A DNA stretch of 64,000 nt from Parcubacteria group bacterium Greene0416_36 (lineage in GTDB: Bacteria; Patescibacteriota; Patescibacteriia; VMEV01): the NCBI GenBank assembly GCA_007375725.1, contig VMEV01000002.1, forward strand, positions 45,992 through 109,991, written 5' to 3'. The position numbers and the translations under genes were made by a program. The notes below the pieces were generated by a model. It was not told where the DNA came from. It made no database searches and was given only the letters and a program-made list of their open reading frames with translations. Positions 49,400-58,977 of the stretch are shown in pieces. Each line of letters opens with the position of its first letter. The stretch's first letter is position 1.

Positions 49400-49750
49400 A
49401 TGTTTAGGCAGAATCATCCACTCGATTCGCTTCCAGAAGGCATTCATTCACTTTCTCTGTGCCCGATCTGCCAATCGAAATATAATCCCATCGGCGTTCG
49501 GATCCTGGAGGAGCGGGAAGGGTCTCATTTGGTATATTTTACTTGTAGGAATTGCGCAGGTTCGGTGGTCTCGGTTGTCACTCATGTGGGGATCGGTATT
49601 TCTTCCGTGGGAGTTTTGACTGATTTATCAGCCGATGAAGTTGTCCGCTACGCTCATGGGGAGGATCCGATCGCTTTGGACGATGTTTTGGAATTGCATG
49701 CTTGGATTGAGGATCCTAGGAAAAAATATTTGGAATTTTTAATGAATTAG
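49400..49750 (+). CDS. hypothetical protein with CxxC...CxxC zinc-ribbon-like motif
   Basis: CPICQSKYNP ... CRNCAGS. Confidence 0.35.
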   Translation: MFRQNHPLDSLPEGIHSLSLCPICQSKYNPIGVRILEEREGSHLVYFTCRNCAGSVVSVVTHVGIGISSVGVLTDLSADEVVRYAHGEDPIALDDVLELHAWIEDPRKKYLEFLMN

Positions 49751-49787
49751 GAGAATTTATAATTAAGGATTTTGTTTTCATAAAGGT

Positions 49788-50525
49788 ATGGTAGTCTCTC
49801 TAAAAGCTCAAAAACGAGAAGCTTTTGGCCGTAAAAATCAGAGCGTCCGCGAGGAAGGGTGGGTGCCCGGGGTGATTTATGGCAAAAAATTTAATAATGC
49901 CTCTATATCTGTACGCAAGGGTGAACTGGAAAAAGTTCTTCGTCAGGGAGGTTCTTCCGGTCTAGTAAAGGTGGAGATTGAGGGCGGGGAAAATATTGAT
50001 ACTCTCCTTCAGGATTTTCAATATCATCATTTGAGCGGCGATATTTCTCATGTGGATTTTCTCAAAATCGACATGAATGAACCCATTACCGCTTCCGCCA
50101 GTGTGGTGATCAAAGGCAAATCTAAAGCCATCACCGAGCTTGCCGGCACTTTGATCAATAAGATCAACCGCCTGACTATCAAATGTCTTCCGAAGGATTT
50201 GATCTCTTCGATCGAGATTGATATTTCCGTGATTGAAAAACTAGGGCAATCCATTAAAGTCAAAGATGTCGTTCCTCCTGCCGGAGTTCAGATCCTCAAT
50301 TATCCCACGGATGTGATTGTGGTGGTTCCCGTGCCTCGTCTCTCCAAGCATGAAGAGGCGTCTGCGGCCGAACAGGTCGGGCCTTTGGCTGTCGAGAAGG
50401 TGGAGACAAAGAAGAAAGAGGATGGCGAAGAGGGTGCCGAGGCTCCAGCCGCTGGTTCGCCTGCCGTCGGAAAAGACGGCAAGGAGCCTGCCAAGGATGC
50501 CAAGAAAGACAATGCCAAAAAATAA
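49788..50525 (+). CDS. rplY: 50S ribosomal protein L25 / general stress protein Ctc
   Basis: LKAQKREAFGRKNQSVREEGWVPGVIYG N-terminal signature, acidic K-rich tail. Confidence 0.8.
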   Translation: MVVSLKAQKREAFGRKNQSVREEGWVPGVIYGKKFNNASISVRKGELEKVLRQGGSSGLVKVEIEGGENIDTLLQDFQYHHLSGDISHVDFLKIDMNEPITASASVVIKGKSKAITELAGTLINKINRLTIKCLPKDLISSIEIDISVIEKLGQSIKVKDVVPPAGVQILNYPTDVIVVVPVPRLSKHEEASAAEQVGPLAVEKVETKKKEDGEEGAEAPAAGSPAVGKDGKEPAKDAKKDNAKK

Positions 50526-50549
50526 TCAAGCATTTACTTTTTTCTTTTC

Positions 50550-51611
50550 ATGTCGCATCCACACAAAAATAAAAAACGTTTTTTTTTAATGGGATTGGGA
50601 GGGTGCTGCGGATTTGTAGCTCTTGGATTATTTTTATTCTCCGCGGCTTCTCCTTTTGGCGTATTTCAGTCTGCCATATCGAATCGAGATATCAAAAAGG
50701 ACAGCGAGCTTGTCGCCGCGGTCCCCCAGATATCTCGATTTTTAGATGGCGTGAAAGTGAACCAAGGGAAAGAAAATCACTTTCCCATCGCCGCCATGAT
50801 TGAGAATCATACCGAAGCCCGTCCCCAGTCCGGCCTTGCTAAGGCTCAGCTGGTTTTCGAGGCGCCTGTGGAAGGCGGCATCACCCGATTTTTAGCCGTG
50901 TTCACGGATTATTCGAGAGTGGAGAAAATGGGTCCGGTTCGTTCCGCGCGTCCCTACTATTTGGATTGGGCTATGGAATTTGACCCCCTGTATCTCCATG
51001 TCGGAGGAAGCGAGGATGCGCTTGATAAGTTGAAGCAAATCGGCATCCGCGATCTCGATCAGTATTTCGAGTACCAATATTATTGGCGTTCTCCGTCTCG
51101 AGCCGCGCCCCACAATGTCTACACTTCCGGCGAGCTTCTTGGCCGCGCTCTTCGAGACAAGGATCTCGAAGGCAAGACGGGTAATTTCACCCCGTGGAAA
51201 TTCGCGGACGCGGGCATGGACGGTGGGGTGGAAACTTCTTCCGTGAAAATTTCTTTTTCTTCTCCGGAATACGAAGTGAATTGGAAATATGACGCGGCGA
51301 AAAAGTCCTATGCCCGTTTTTACGGAACTGTCCTTCATACGGACGAAGACGGGACTGCGATCGAGGCGAAAAATATCGCACTTCTGTACACTCCGATTTT
51401 AATTATCGATGAAGTGGGCCGCCGCAGTGTCGAGACCTTGGGCACTGGCCGCGCCGTTATTTTTCAAAATGGAAAAGCCTTTGAAGGGACATGGGAGAAA
51501 CTGAACCGTAAATCGCGCCTCCGATTTTTTGTGAATGAAAAAGAGGTGGAATTCGTGCCCGGGGCGACTTGGGTGGAGGTGGTGTCGAAGACTTTTGATA
51601 TTGCGTGGTAA
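50550..51611 (+). CDS. secreted or lipoprotein, possibly DUF3048 (YerB-like) family
   Basis: signal peptide; EAPVEGGITRFLAVF-type motif; family call from memory. Confidence 0.4.
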   Translation: MSHPHKNKKRFFLMGLGGCCGFVALGLFLFSAASPFGVFQSAISNRDIKKDSELVAAVPQISRFLDGVKVNQGKENHFPIAAMIENHTEARPQSGLAKAQLVFEAPVEGGITRFLAVFTDYSRVEKMGPVRSARPYYLDWAMEFDPLYLHVGGSEDALDKLKQIGIRDLDQYFEYQYYWRSPSRAAPHNVYTSGELLGRALRDKDLEGKTGNFTPWKFADAGMDGGVETSSVKISFSSPEYEVNWKYDAAKKSYARFYGTVLHTDEDGTAIEAKNIALLYTPILIIDEVGRRSVETLGTGRAVIFQNGKAFEGTWEKLNRKSRLRFFVNEKEVEFVPGATWVEVVSKTFDIAW

Positions 51612-51613
51612 GA

Positions 51614-51699
51614 ACAACAAATCCCTCCCCAACCCTCCCTTTGACAAGGGAGGGGGTGGCCTCCCCCTTGTCAAAGGGGGATTGAGGGGGATTTGTTGC
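51614..51699. repeat. MITE-like element copy 6, between DUF3048-like gene and pilin gene
   Basis: CAACAAATCCCTCCCCAACCCTCCCTTTGACAAGGGAGGGGGTGGCCTCCCCCTTGTCAAAGGGGGATTGAGGGGGATTTGTTGC. Confidence 0.8.
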
Positions 51700-51708
51700 T
51701 TCAAATAT

Positions 51709-52125
51709 ATGAACAAAAAAGGTTTTACGTTAATCGAATTGCTGATTGTCGTGGTGATCGTGGGGCTTTTGTCCACGGCGGCGATCATGAGTTTTGGTTC
51801 GGCCAGAATCAAGGCGCGGGACGCAAAAAGGGTGGGGGATATCGCGGCTCTCACTAAGGCTCTGACTCTCTACATGAGCAGCAAAAATATCTATCCGGTG
51901 ACGGTTCCGGAGATCTGTCTGGACGGCACGGATTTGGTCAATGACGCGCTCATTGACGAAGGCGTGGTGGCGACTCCTATCCGAGACCCTCTCTACCCCG
52001 ATGACGTCGTCAAATGCTACCGCTACTCCTCCAATGCCGCCGGCACTCAGTACACTCTCAAATATTTTCTCGACACCACTAGTGACTCCGGCGAGGCGGG
52101 GGATCATAGTGTGTATAATGACTAG
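51709..52125 (+). CDS. type IV pilin-like protein (prepilin N-terminal cleavage/methylation domain)
   Basis: MNKKGFTLIELLIVVVIVGLLS class III signal; ORF-track N-terminal extension is MITE read-through. Confidence 0.7.
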   Translation: MNKKGFTLIELLIVVVIVGLLSTAAIMSFGSARIKARDAKRVGDIAALTKALTLYMSSKNIYPVTVPEICLDGTDLVNDALIDEGVVATPIRDPLYPDDVVKCYRYSSNAAGTQYTLKYFLDTTSDSGEAGDHSVYND

Positions 52126-52223
52126 TGTTTTGGCCGAGTCCCATCTTGATTTTTTTGAAAAAATTCTTTCGCTCTTGGTATAATGAGAGGGAGAGAGTTT
52201 TTTATTATTGATTTTTTAAATAT

Positions 52224-52742
52224 ATGAGTAATTTGGAGCAACCGTCAATGTCAGGAAAAAATGAACCTAAGAAGCCAGACCTTCAAACTCAATTAAAGAA
52301 ATTTTTAGGTAAATTGCCAGATAGTGGGGGGGAAAATAAATCCGAAAAGCCACCATTACAGCCATTCGTCCCAGATAAATTAGAAAAATTTCTAGGTCGT
52401 AGTTTGCCAAAGAGTGAGGGGCCAAAGATTAAAGACGTGATTGCACAAAAGGAGAAGGAAGAGGAAGAAAGGGTGATAGCAGAAGATTTGGCTGGCACGG
52501 GTGATGTTCAATTCGATGAACCTAAAACACAGGGTCAGGGAACGGATGTTTGGAAAGAAAAGGAATTTGGGCCAGTATCTGCGAAAATACAAAAAACATC
52601 TGAGATAGAAAAAAAATATGAGAAATATTATAAGGAGACTGGCGAATTGAAGGGGAAAGAGCCTTTATCAAAAGAAGGAGAAGCAAAAAAACATATTAAA
52701 GAAGATCCCTTTAAAACATTTGCAAAATCAAAAAAATCATAA
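52224..52742 (+). CDS. hypothetical K/E-rich low-complexity protein
   Basis: 172 aa ORF. Confidence 0.3.
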   Translation: MSNLEQPSMSGKNEPKKPDLQTQLKKFLGKLPDSGGENKSEKPPLQPFVPDKLEKFLGRSLPKSEGPKIKDVIAQKEKEEEERVIAEDLAGTGDVQFDEPKTQGQGTDVWKEKEFGPVSAKIQKTSEIEKKYEKYYKETGELKGKEPLSKEGEAKKHIKEDPFKTFAKSKKS

Positions 52743-52798
52743 CCGTATTTTAAAAGCCATTAAAGAAGTTCTTTAATGGCTTTTGCTGTGGCAAACAG

Positions 52799-53383
52799 CT
52801 AAACAATTTTTTTTATTTGATATAAATTGTTTATTTTTTTTATCGTGTCATTGTTGGCAATTCCTTTTATTACTGCATACTGTAGCAGAATAATGCCGTC
52901 AAACTCTTGCTTCAGAAGTTTTAGGGTATCGGCGGTATCATGAAAAATATTTAGATCGGTCGGATCGAGAAATAGCGATATGAGCTGGAATTTTAGACAT
53001 TTGAATAAATCAAATGTTTCATCTGTTTGTTTTAAATATATGTCTGCAATGGCTTCGAGTATTTTTCGGATATCCCTCTTGACCGGGTCGCGCCATTCTG
53101 TAATTGTGGCGAGATACTGCGAGCATTGAGAAATGGCATGATCCAAATGTGTTTCAGATACGAAACTTCTCGCCCAAAATTTGACGTAATATATAAATAT
53201 ACCGTCTACAAAGGGGAGCAATTCTTCATCATTCTCTGTCTTCGGGAGATTTTGAGCTAAATATTTCAATTGTTCCTCCAAATTTTCAATTGCTTTTTTG
53301 GGGTCTTCCCGTGCTTTTAAAATTGCTTGATCGAAATCTCCGTGGATAGAGCCATACTCTCTTTTTTCAATTTGTTGTGGCAC
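52799..53383 (-). CDS. hypothetical protein
   Basis: 194 aa ORF. Confidence 0.3.
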   Translation of the reverse strand: MPQQIEKREYGSIHGDFDQAILKAREDPKKAIENLEEQLKYLAQNLPKTENDEELLPFVDGIFIYYVKFWARSFVSETHLDHAISQCSQYLATITEWRDPVKRDIRKILEAIADIYLKQTDETFDLFKCLKFQLISLFLDPTDLNIFHDTADTLKLLKQEFDGIILLQYAVIKGIANNDTIKKINNLYQIKKIV

Positions 53384-53585
53384 GTCCTTCTCCTTAATTC
53401 GAAGTTGATAATGTACGTTCTACTTTCCTGTCTGGTACCATCTCATTTTTATCTATCAATAGTCAATATTGACTTTTTATCTCTTTGCCTGTATAATAAA
53501 TTGTTGAAATTTGAATAGTGTTCTTTCTTAGATGTATAATATAAACGAATTATTTTATACATCTAATTTTTAAAGGGGAAATAAT

Positions 53586-53855
53586 ATGGGATTTTTTGAA
53601 GCGGTGGGTTTGAAATCGAAGGTGGAAGCACCTAAGAAGGTAGATCGAGAGGCTATGCGAAAAATGTTGGATGAGTCGGGTGCTTCTGGGGCTCAAAAAA
53701 TTAGAAAGGAGGAAATGGGTGAGGAAGAAAATATGGAGCAAGGCACTTCAGAGATGCTAGACGCAGCTTTGGAGGAAGAAAAATCGGCTAAAGAAGAAGC
53801 GAAAAAAACTCCTCAGCAAAGAGCTCAAGATTTATTGAAGTCGATAAAAAAATGA
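53586..53855 (+). CDS. hypothetical small K/E-rich protein
   Basis: 89 aa ORF. Confidence 0.25.
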   Translation: MGFFEAVGLKSKVEAPKKVDREAMRKMLDESGASGAQKIRKEEMGEEENMEQGTSEMLDAALEEEKSAKEEAKKTPQQRAQDLLKSIKK

Positions 53856-53903
53856 GAGGAAAAACAATTTGCGAAATTTTTAAGAACACCTTTTGGGGTG
53901 TTC

Positions 53904-54440
53904 TTATTTTTCATATTGACTGGGTTTATTATCCCCAATCTTTTGGACAATTCTGGATTCGCGAGTTTTTCCTTGTTTTCTAAGTCGATGTGCGAGGTCA
54001 AAAAAAGAATATGTTTCAAATCCGCACAGTAATATCCTCATGACGCTGTAATATAAAGCCAATTGAGCATTCCCTGCCTTATCCAGTATTTTGGCGATAT
54101 CTTGAAGCTGCTTATCTAATTCTATTAGCAAAACGTTCCAATTTTTATCATTTTTATCAGCTGTTATTTTGTAGTTGTTGATAGGCGCTACAATTTCATC
54201 GATAGCTTTTTTGAGGCTATCTGTCTGAATTTCTTGATATGCTTTTTTGGTGTGAATAAGAAGACTGCTTAGCCATTTTTTCTTATCGGGCAAGTCTATC
54301 TCTGAGATGAGATGGTAAATCCATTTTCTTTTCGAGTGAATAATGGATGGGGTAGATTTCATGGGATATTCTCCTGAGTACAATTTAGGAAAAAAATTGT
54401 GGAATGTACAAAACTGATTAAAAATTACCATTTCCCCCAT
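53904..54440 (-). CDS. hypothetical protein
   Basis: 178 aa ORF. Confidence 0.3.
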   Translation of the reverse strand: MGEMVIFNQFCTFHNFFPKLYSGEYPMKSTPSIIHSKRKWIYHLISEIDLPDKKKWLSSLLIHTKKAYQEIQTDSLKKAIDEIVAPINNYKITADKNDKNWNVLLIELDKQLQDIAKILDKAGNAQLALYYSVMRILLCGFETYSFFDLAHRLRKQGKTRESRIVQKIGDNKPSQYEK

Positions 54441-54530
54441 TCCTTGACAACATTTGTTGTTACGTATACACTATTGGGGTGTTTTTTTAACTCAAAGATT
54501 GCATTTCATAATCCTGTGGGGGGAGATTAA

Positions 54531-55145
54531 ATGCTGGTAATGCAAAAGATCGATAAGGAAAGCCTGTCTGATGTTGTCTCTGATTCCAACAAAAAGACGG
54601 GGCCTTGTATTCGAATGATAATCGTTGCGAAATCGAAGAAATCGGCAGATTCAGCGGTTTCGATCGTGGCTCCTGATAAGACTCCGTCTTTGGCGGAGAA
54701 ATTTATTTCTAATTCTCGTTTTCCGACATCCGGAAGCAAGCAGACGAGACAGGGTTTGATGATTCCCATGTTTCGCCGAATTTTTGAGGAATCGATTGAG
54801 GATGTCAACGTTCGCGCGAAAGTCTGCCCGATGTCAGTTTGGGTTCGAGCTCTCGAGGTTGCCTTTGGTCCTATGGAGCTTGAAAATAGTAGTTCAGAAG
54901 AGATTGAGAAACGAGAGATGAAGAAAAGGAGTATTTTGTTGGATTGCTTATATGCACAACAAAAACGGAAGGACAAAAGAGAACTCAAGGCTCTTTTTTC
55001 AAAAAAAATAGGAACGGAGAAAAAGAGCATTTTTTTGGATTATTTGTACGACAAGCCAAAATGGGCGAAAATGCTAAGGAATGATCGCATTAGAAGAAAG
55101 AGGAATTGGAAGCATTTTTGCGTTTTAGCGGCAGAAAAAGTGTAA
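54531..55145 (+). CDS. hypothetical protein (strand assignment uncertain, competing minus ORF 54527-55030)
   Basis: 204 aa ORF. Confidence 0.2.
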   Translation: MLVMQKIDKESLSDVVSDSNKKTGPCIRMIIVAKSKKSADSAVSIVAPDKTPSLAEKFISNSRFPTSGSKQTRQGLMIPMFRRIFEESIEDVNVRAKVCPMSVWVRALEVAFGPMELENSSSEEIEKREMKKRSILLDCLYAQQKRKDKRELKALFSKKIGTEKKSIFLDYLYDKPKWAKMLRNDRIRRKRNWKHFCVLAAEKV

Positions 55146-55237
55146 GATAAAAATAGAAGGAACAAAATTTAGATCGGCATCTCGTTTGGGGATGCTGGTT
55201 TTTTTATTTGAAGGGGAAATTGGTAGAATAGTGGCGT

Positions 55238-57343
55238 ATGAATTTTCTCGGAAAAATTTCCGTCATCATCGCCTGCTTCAACTATGGCCGATTCATTGAA
55301 GAGGCCATTGAGAGTGTCCTGGAATCCACGTTTCAGGATTTTGAAATTGTGGTGGTGGATGACGGGTCTACAGATCCGGAGACGATTCGAGTGCTGGACG
55401 CGCTGGATCATCCAAGAATTCGATTGGTTCGACAGAAAAATCAGGGGCTCGCTATGGCTCGTAATAATGGCATAGAGGCGAGTTTCGGCGAGTATTTTTT
55501 GCCTCTGGACGCGGATGATAAAATTGCGCCGACGATGCTGGAAAAGTTTGTTGCCGTACTGGAAACTCGGCCTGATGTGGGGTTTGTTTATTCGTGGATT
55601 CAATTTTTTGGAGATGAAAATCGGGTTTTTAAAACTCAGGACGCGGATTTGAGCATTCTTCGCGAAGAAAATATCTGCTGTGGGTGTTCTTTGGTTCGAA
55701 AAGAGGCGTGGCGCGAGGTCGGGGGCTATGTTCCGGGTCTCTACGGGTACGAAGACTGGAATCTGTGGATTACTCTCGTTGAGAATGGCTGGCTGGGGGT
55801 TTCGATTCCCGAGATCCTTTTCTATTACCGTCGCCACGGCAAAACCATGCTCGCCGACGGCCAGAGCCGGCACTGGTATTTGATGGGGGAGATGGGGAAG
55901 TTGCATGCCCCCATGATCAGTGAGGGCGCACACATAGGTGCGCCCCTACGGGAGGGGGTTGCTTTGGTAAAAAAATTCCAAAATAAACTCACCTCCGAAG
56001 ACCTCCTCAATTGGCGCCTCTGGAAACAGTCTCCCTGGTACATGGCCAAGCGCACAATTCCCAATGGGATTAAATGGAAGGTCAAAGTCGTGTATTGGAA
56101 GATCAAGTCTTTATTTTTGAGGGGGAAAAAAGAGGCGGCGAGGCGCGAGATTTTGGCGGGGGTGGCGCGTAGGGGCACAGCGCGCTTGTCCGCCGTAGCT
56201 TTAGCGAAGGAGGGCTGTGCCCCTACGCGGGGTGAAGGGGTAACCAAAAAATCCATTCTCTATATCCTCCCCACCGTCTCGGTTGGCGGGGTTGAAAAGA
56301 CCGCGCTTGATACGATTCAGGCACTCCGAGGCGAGTTTGATTTCACGATTATTGTCAGTCAAAAAGGCGAGCACGCTTGGGCAGAGGCCTTCCGATCGGC
56401 AGGGGCACAGCTATTTTTTCTTGAAGACATTCGCGACCCATCACTGTGGGTCGAATTGCTACGGGGGGTGATTGCATTACGGAGAATCGAAGTGATTCAT
56501 ATCGCGAATTCGATTTGGGGCTATAGCCAAACCGCTTGGATTAAGGAGAAGTTCCCACATATCCGCATCATCGATATTTTTCAGGGTGGGGAAGTGGAAG
56601 GGGGCGTGATCGGCTGGAATCGGCAGTTCGAGGGGAATATCGACCAAACGATCGTCGTGAATTCCGGATTGTTCGAGAAATTGATCCATAAAGGCTCGCC
56701 GAGGGAGAAATTCATTTGTATTCCCAATGGCGTGTCGCTCTTGAAATTTTCTCGGGATAAAGTGGTTGTATCCGGAGAAGAGATTCGTTGGAAATGGGGA
56801 TTGCCTCTAGACCGTCCTATTATTTCTTTTGTCTCCCGTCTGTCTTCTGAAAAGAATCCTCTTTTTTTTCTTGAAGTCGCCAAAGCCATCCATGCCGCGC
56901 GTACGGGTGCCTTTTTTGTGGTTGCCGGATCGGGATATTTGCAGGATTTATTTTTAAATAAAAGAGCGGAGTTGAAACTGGAACATTCTCTCCGGTATTT
57001 TCCTCATCTACAGAATATTCCCGAACTGCTCAGCGTTTCATCGGTACTGGTCAATACGTCACTGACCGAAGGCTGGTCGGTGGCGATTCTGGAGGCTATG
57101 GCCATGGAAGTGCCGGTGGTGGCGTCTCGGATCTGGCAGAATGCGGCCTTGGTGGAAGAAGGGAAAACCGGACTCTTGGCTGATCTGGGCAATGTGAATG
57201 CTTATCGAGACTCGATTTTGCAGGTGCTGGATGATCCTTATTTATCCGGAGCGTTGGCTCTGAATGCGCGCAAAAAAGTGGTCGAGGAATATGGAATAGC
57301 AAAAATGGCGTCGAGGTATCGGGATTTGTATTTTTCCTATTAA
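55238..57343 (+). CDS. glycosyltransferase fusion: family 2 (N) + family 1/GT4 (C), linker containing REP-like sequences
   Basis: GT2 VVDDGS...DADD; GT4 C-term EGWSVAILEAMAMEVPVVAS; REP-like at 55924-55947 and 56169-56226. Confidence 0.65.
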   Translation: MNFLGKISVIIACFNYGRFIEEAIESVLESTFQDFEIVVVDDGSTDPETIRVLDALDHPRIRLVRQKNQGLAMARNNGIEASFGEYFLPLDADDKIAPTMLEKFVAVLETRPDVGFVYSWIQFFGDENRVFKTQDADLSILREENICCGCSLVRKEAWREVGGYVPGLYGYEDWNLWITLVENGWLGVSIPEILFYYRRHGKTMLADGQSRHWYLMGEMGKLHAPMISEGAHIGAPLREGVALVKKFQNKLTSEDLLNWRLWKQSPWYMAKRTIPNGIKWKVKVVYWKIKSLFLRGKKEAARREILAGVARRGTARLSAVALAKEGCAPTRGEGVTKKSILYILPTVSVGGVEKTALDTIQALRGEFDFTIIVSQKGEHAWAEAFRSAGAQLFFLEDIRDPSLWVELLRGVIALRRIEVIHIANSIWGYSQTAWIKEKFPHIRIIDIFQGGEVEGGVIGWNRQFEGNIDQTIVVNSGLFEKLIHKGSPREKFICIPNGVSLLKFSRDKVVVSGEEIRWKWGLPLDRPIISFVSRLSSEKNPLFFLEVAKAIHAARTGAFFVVAGSGYLQDLFLNKRAELKLEHSLRYFPHLQNIPELLSVSSVLVNTSLTEGWSVAILEAMAMEVPVVASRIWQNAALVEEGKTGLLADLGNVNAYRDSILQVLDDPYLSGALALNARKKVVEEYGIAKMASRYRDLYFSY
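56169..56226. repeat. interrupted REP-like palindrome GTAGGGGCACAGCGCGC...GCTGTGCCCCTAC inside glycosyltransferase ORF
   Basis: arms match 10280-10307 hairpin; read in-frame as ...RRGTARLSAVALAKEGCAPTRG... Confidence 0.55.
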
Positions 57344-57385
57344 TTCTTTACAATAATCTAATAATCAAAATAATTCATCAAAATT

Positions 57386-58393
57386 ATGACAGTCAAAAAT
57401 ATTGGAGGGCTGGGAGTCTCGCTATTCGCTCTGGCCCTACTTTTAGCGCCAGAGGCCGCTCGAACCGCTGGTTCCGGCGGAGGCGGGGGAACTGTTGTCA
57501 CACCTCCTCCCGTTGCTTGTACGGCCGATACCTGGTCCTGTACTTCATTTGGCGAATGTTCTGCTGAAGGGAGGAAAACTCGTGTTTGCACTATGACTGA
57601 TAATTGTCCCACAGCTGAGACCCCGAAGCCTTCGGAGTCTGAGGCTTGTACTCCTCCGGCTAAGCCACTGGAGACGCCCAAACCTACTACCACCACATCT
57701 CCCGTTGCTGACAAATGCACAGCGGATGAATTTGACTGCACCGAATTTGCTCAGTGCGGCGAGAATGGAAAACAGGTTCGCAAATGCGTGATGAAGAAAG
57801 ACTGCGCGGGGGTCACGACACCAAAACCCGAGGAAGAACGCGTTTGTCCGGGTCTCCGCTGTGGACAGCTGGATACGCTCGAGAAGCGTGTGTCCTGTCG
57901 CCTCAAATTATCGGAATCCGAACTCGCCTCTGAGTTCAAGCTTTTGTATTATCCTGAATACTGCAAGACCGGAAAGACCGATGATTGGAAGAAGGGATGT
58001 ATTGCCCTCTACCAATCTTTTGGAAAGTGCTGGAAGATGCCGGTCGGCGAGAAGCGAGTGGGTTGTGCCAAGGAAGTATTGTCTATCGGTGATTTGAATA
58101 AAGAAAAAGACGCTTGTATTGGCAAAAAAGGTACTGAGAAAACCGCTTGCGTGGAAGCCATGACCAAGAAAGTGAAGAATTTTGTGCTCTTTAATCTCTA
58201 TGAATTGTCGCAGAAGGCTGAGACCCTACTCAAACAAGGCAAAGCTACTACGGAACAGGTCGCCGCTTTCGATGTCTATATTGAAACCAAGAAACAAGAG
58301 CTTCAAACCAAAAATACCGTTGCCGATTGGAAGCGCATTGCCGGCGAAGTCAAAGCCAAATGGGCTGAATTTGTCAAAAATGTAAAAAAATAA
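57386..58393 (+). CDS. secreted protein with two tandem Cys-rich repeats
   Basis: signal peptide; CTADxxxCTxFxxCxxxGxxxRxCxMxxxC repeated twice, Pro/Thr linkers. Confidence 0.4.
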   Translation: MTVKNIGGLGVSLFALALLLAPEAARTAGSGGGGGTVVTPPPVACTADTWSCTSFGECSAEGRKTRVCTMTDNCPTAETPKPSESEACTPPAKPLETPKPTTTTSPVADKCTADEFDCTEFAQCGENGKQVRKCVMKKDCAGVTTPKPEEERVCPGLRCGQLDTLEKRVSCRLKLSESELASEFKLLYYPEYCKTGKTDDWKKGCIALYQSFGKCWKMPVGEKRVGCAKEVLSIGDLNKEKDACIGKKGTEKTACVEAMTKKVKNFVLFNLYELSQKAETLLKQGKATTEQVAAFDVYIETKKQELQTKNTVADWKRIAGEVKAKWAEFVKNVKK

Positions 58394-58484
58394 CGATCAA
58401 TAATAAATGAATCATTACGGATGATCTATTTGCCTTGACTGTTTCATTCGTAATTCATAATTTGTAATTCTTAATTGATTCTCT

Positions 58485-58913
58485 ATGGCAAAAAATATTA
58501 TATTGGCGCTCATCGCGGTTGCGGTCATTGGCGGCGGGATTTATTATGCTACCTCCCGTAATGACGGGTATACTTCCAAATGGGAGAAAAAGGATAAGCT
58601 TCCTGTGAATGGCGGAAATAAAGATGATGTAAGAAAGATGGAGGAACAGAAGATGCTGGAGTCTTGCATGGCTCTATATGGATCCGGCAAGGTGGATCCT
58701 TCGTCGATGAAGGGTTGCCAGGATTATTGCAAGACGATGATAGAGGGCGGCACGCGGATGGACGCTCAAAAGACCGAAATGTGTGCGAGCATGATGAAAG
58801 GATTCGAAGGTTCGTCCGCTGCCACCCCCGCTTCCGAATCCGAACTTTTGCTCCAGGATAATCTGGACGAATCCTTGGATTCACTCAAAATTTTGGAGCA
58901 GGTAGGGAGCTAG
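58485..58913 (+). CDS. hypothetical secreted Cys-containing protein
   Basis: N-terminal TM/signal, 142 aa. Confidence 0.35.
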   Translation: MAKNIILALIAVAVIGGGIYYATSRNDGYTSKWEKKDKLPVNGGNKDDVRKMEEQKMLESCMALYGSGKVDPSSMKGCQDYCKTMIEGGTRMDAQKTEMCASMMKGFEGSSAATPASESELLLQDNLDESLDSLKILEQVGS

Positions 58914-58977
58914 TGAATGATCATATTTTAAAGTAGTCTTTTGAAAGCTGGCTCCTTCGTCGAAAGCCAGCTTTTGT

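Noticed and set aside
51535-51708. N-terminal 58 aa of ORF-track pilin ORF (MKKRWNSCPGRL...PFDKGGGGLPLVKGG...)
   Set aside because: This stretch is the palindromic MITE read in-frame. The true pilin start is Met at 51709 (MNKKGFTLIELL) with the prepilin signal.
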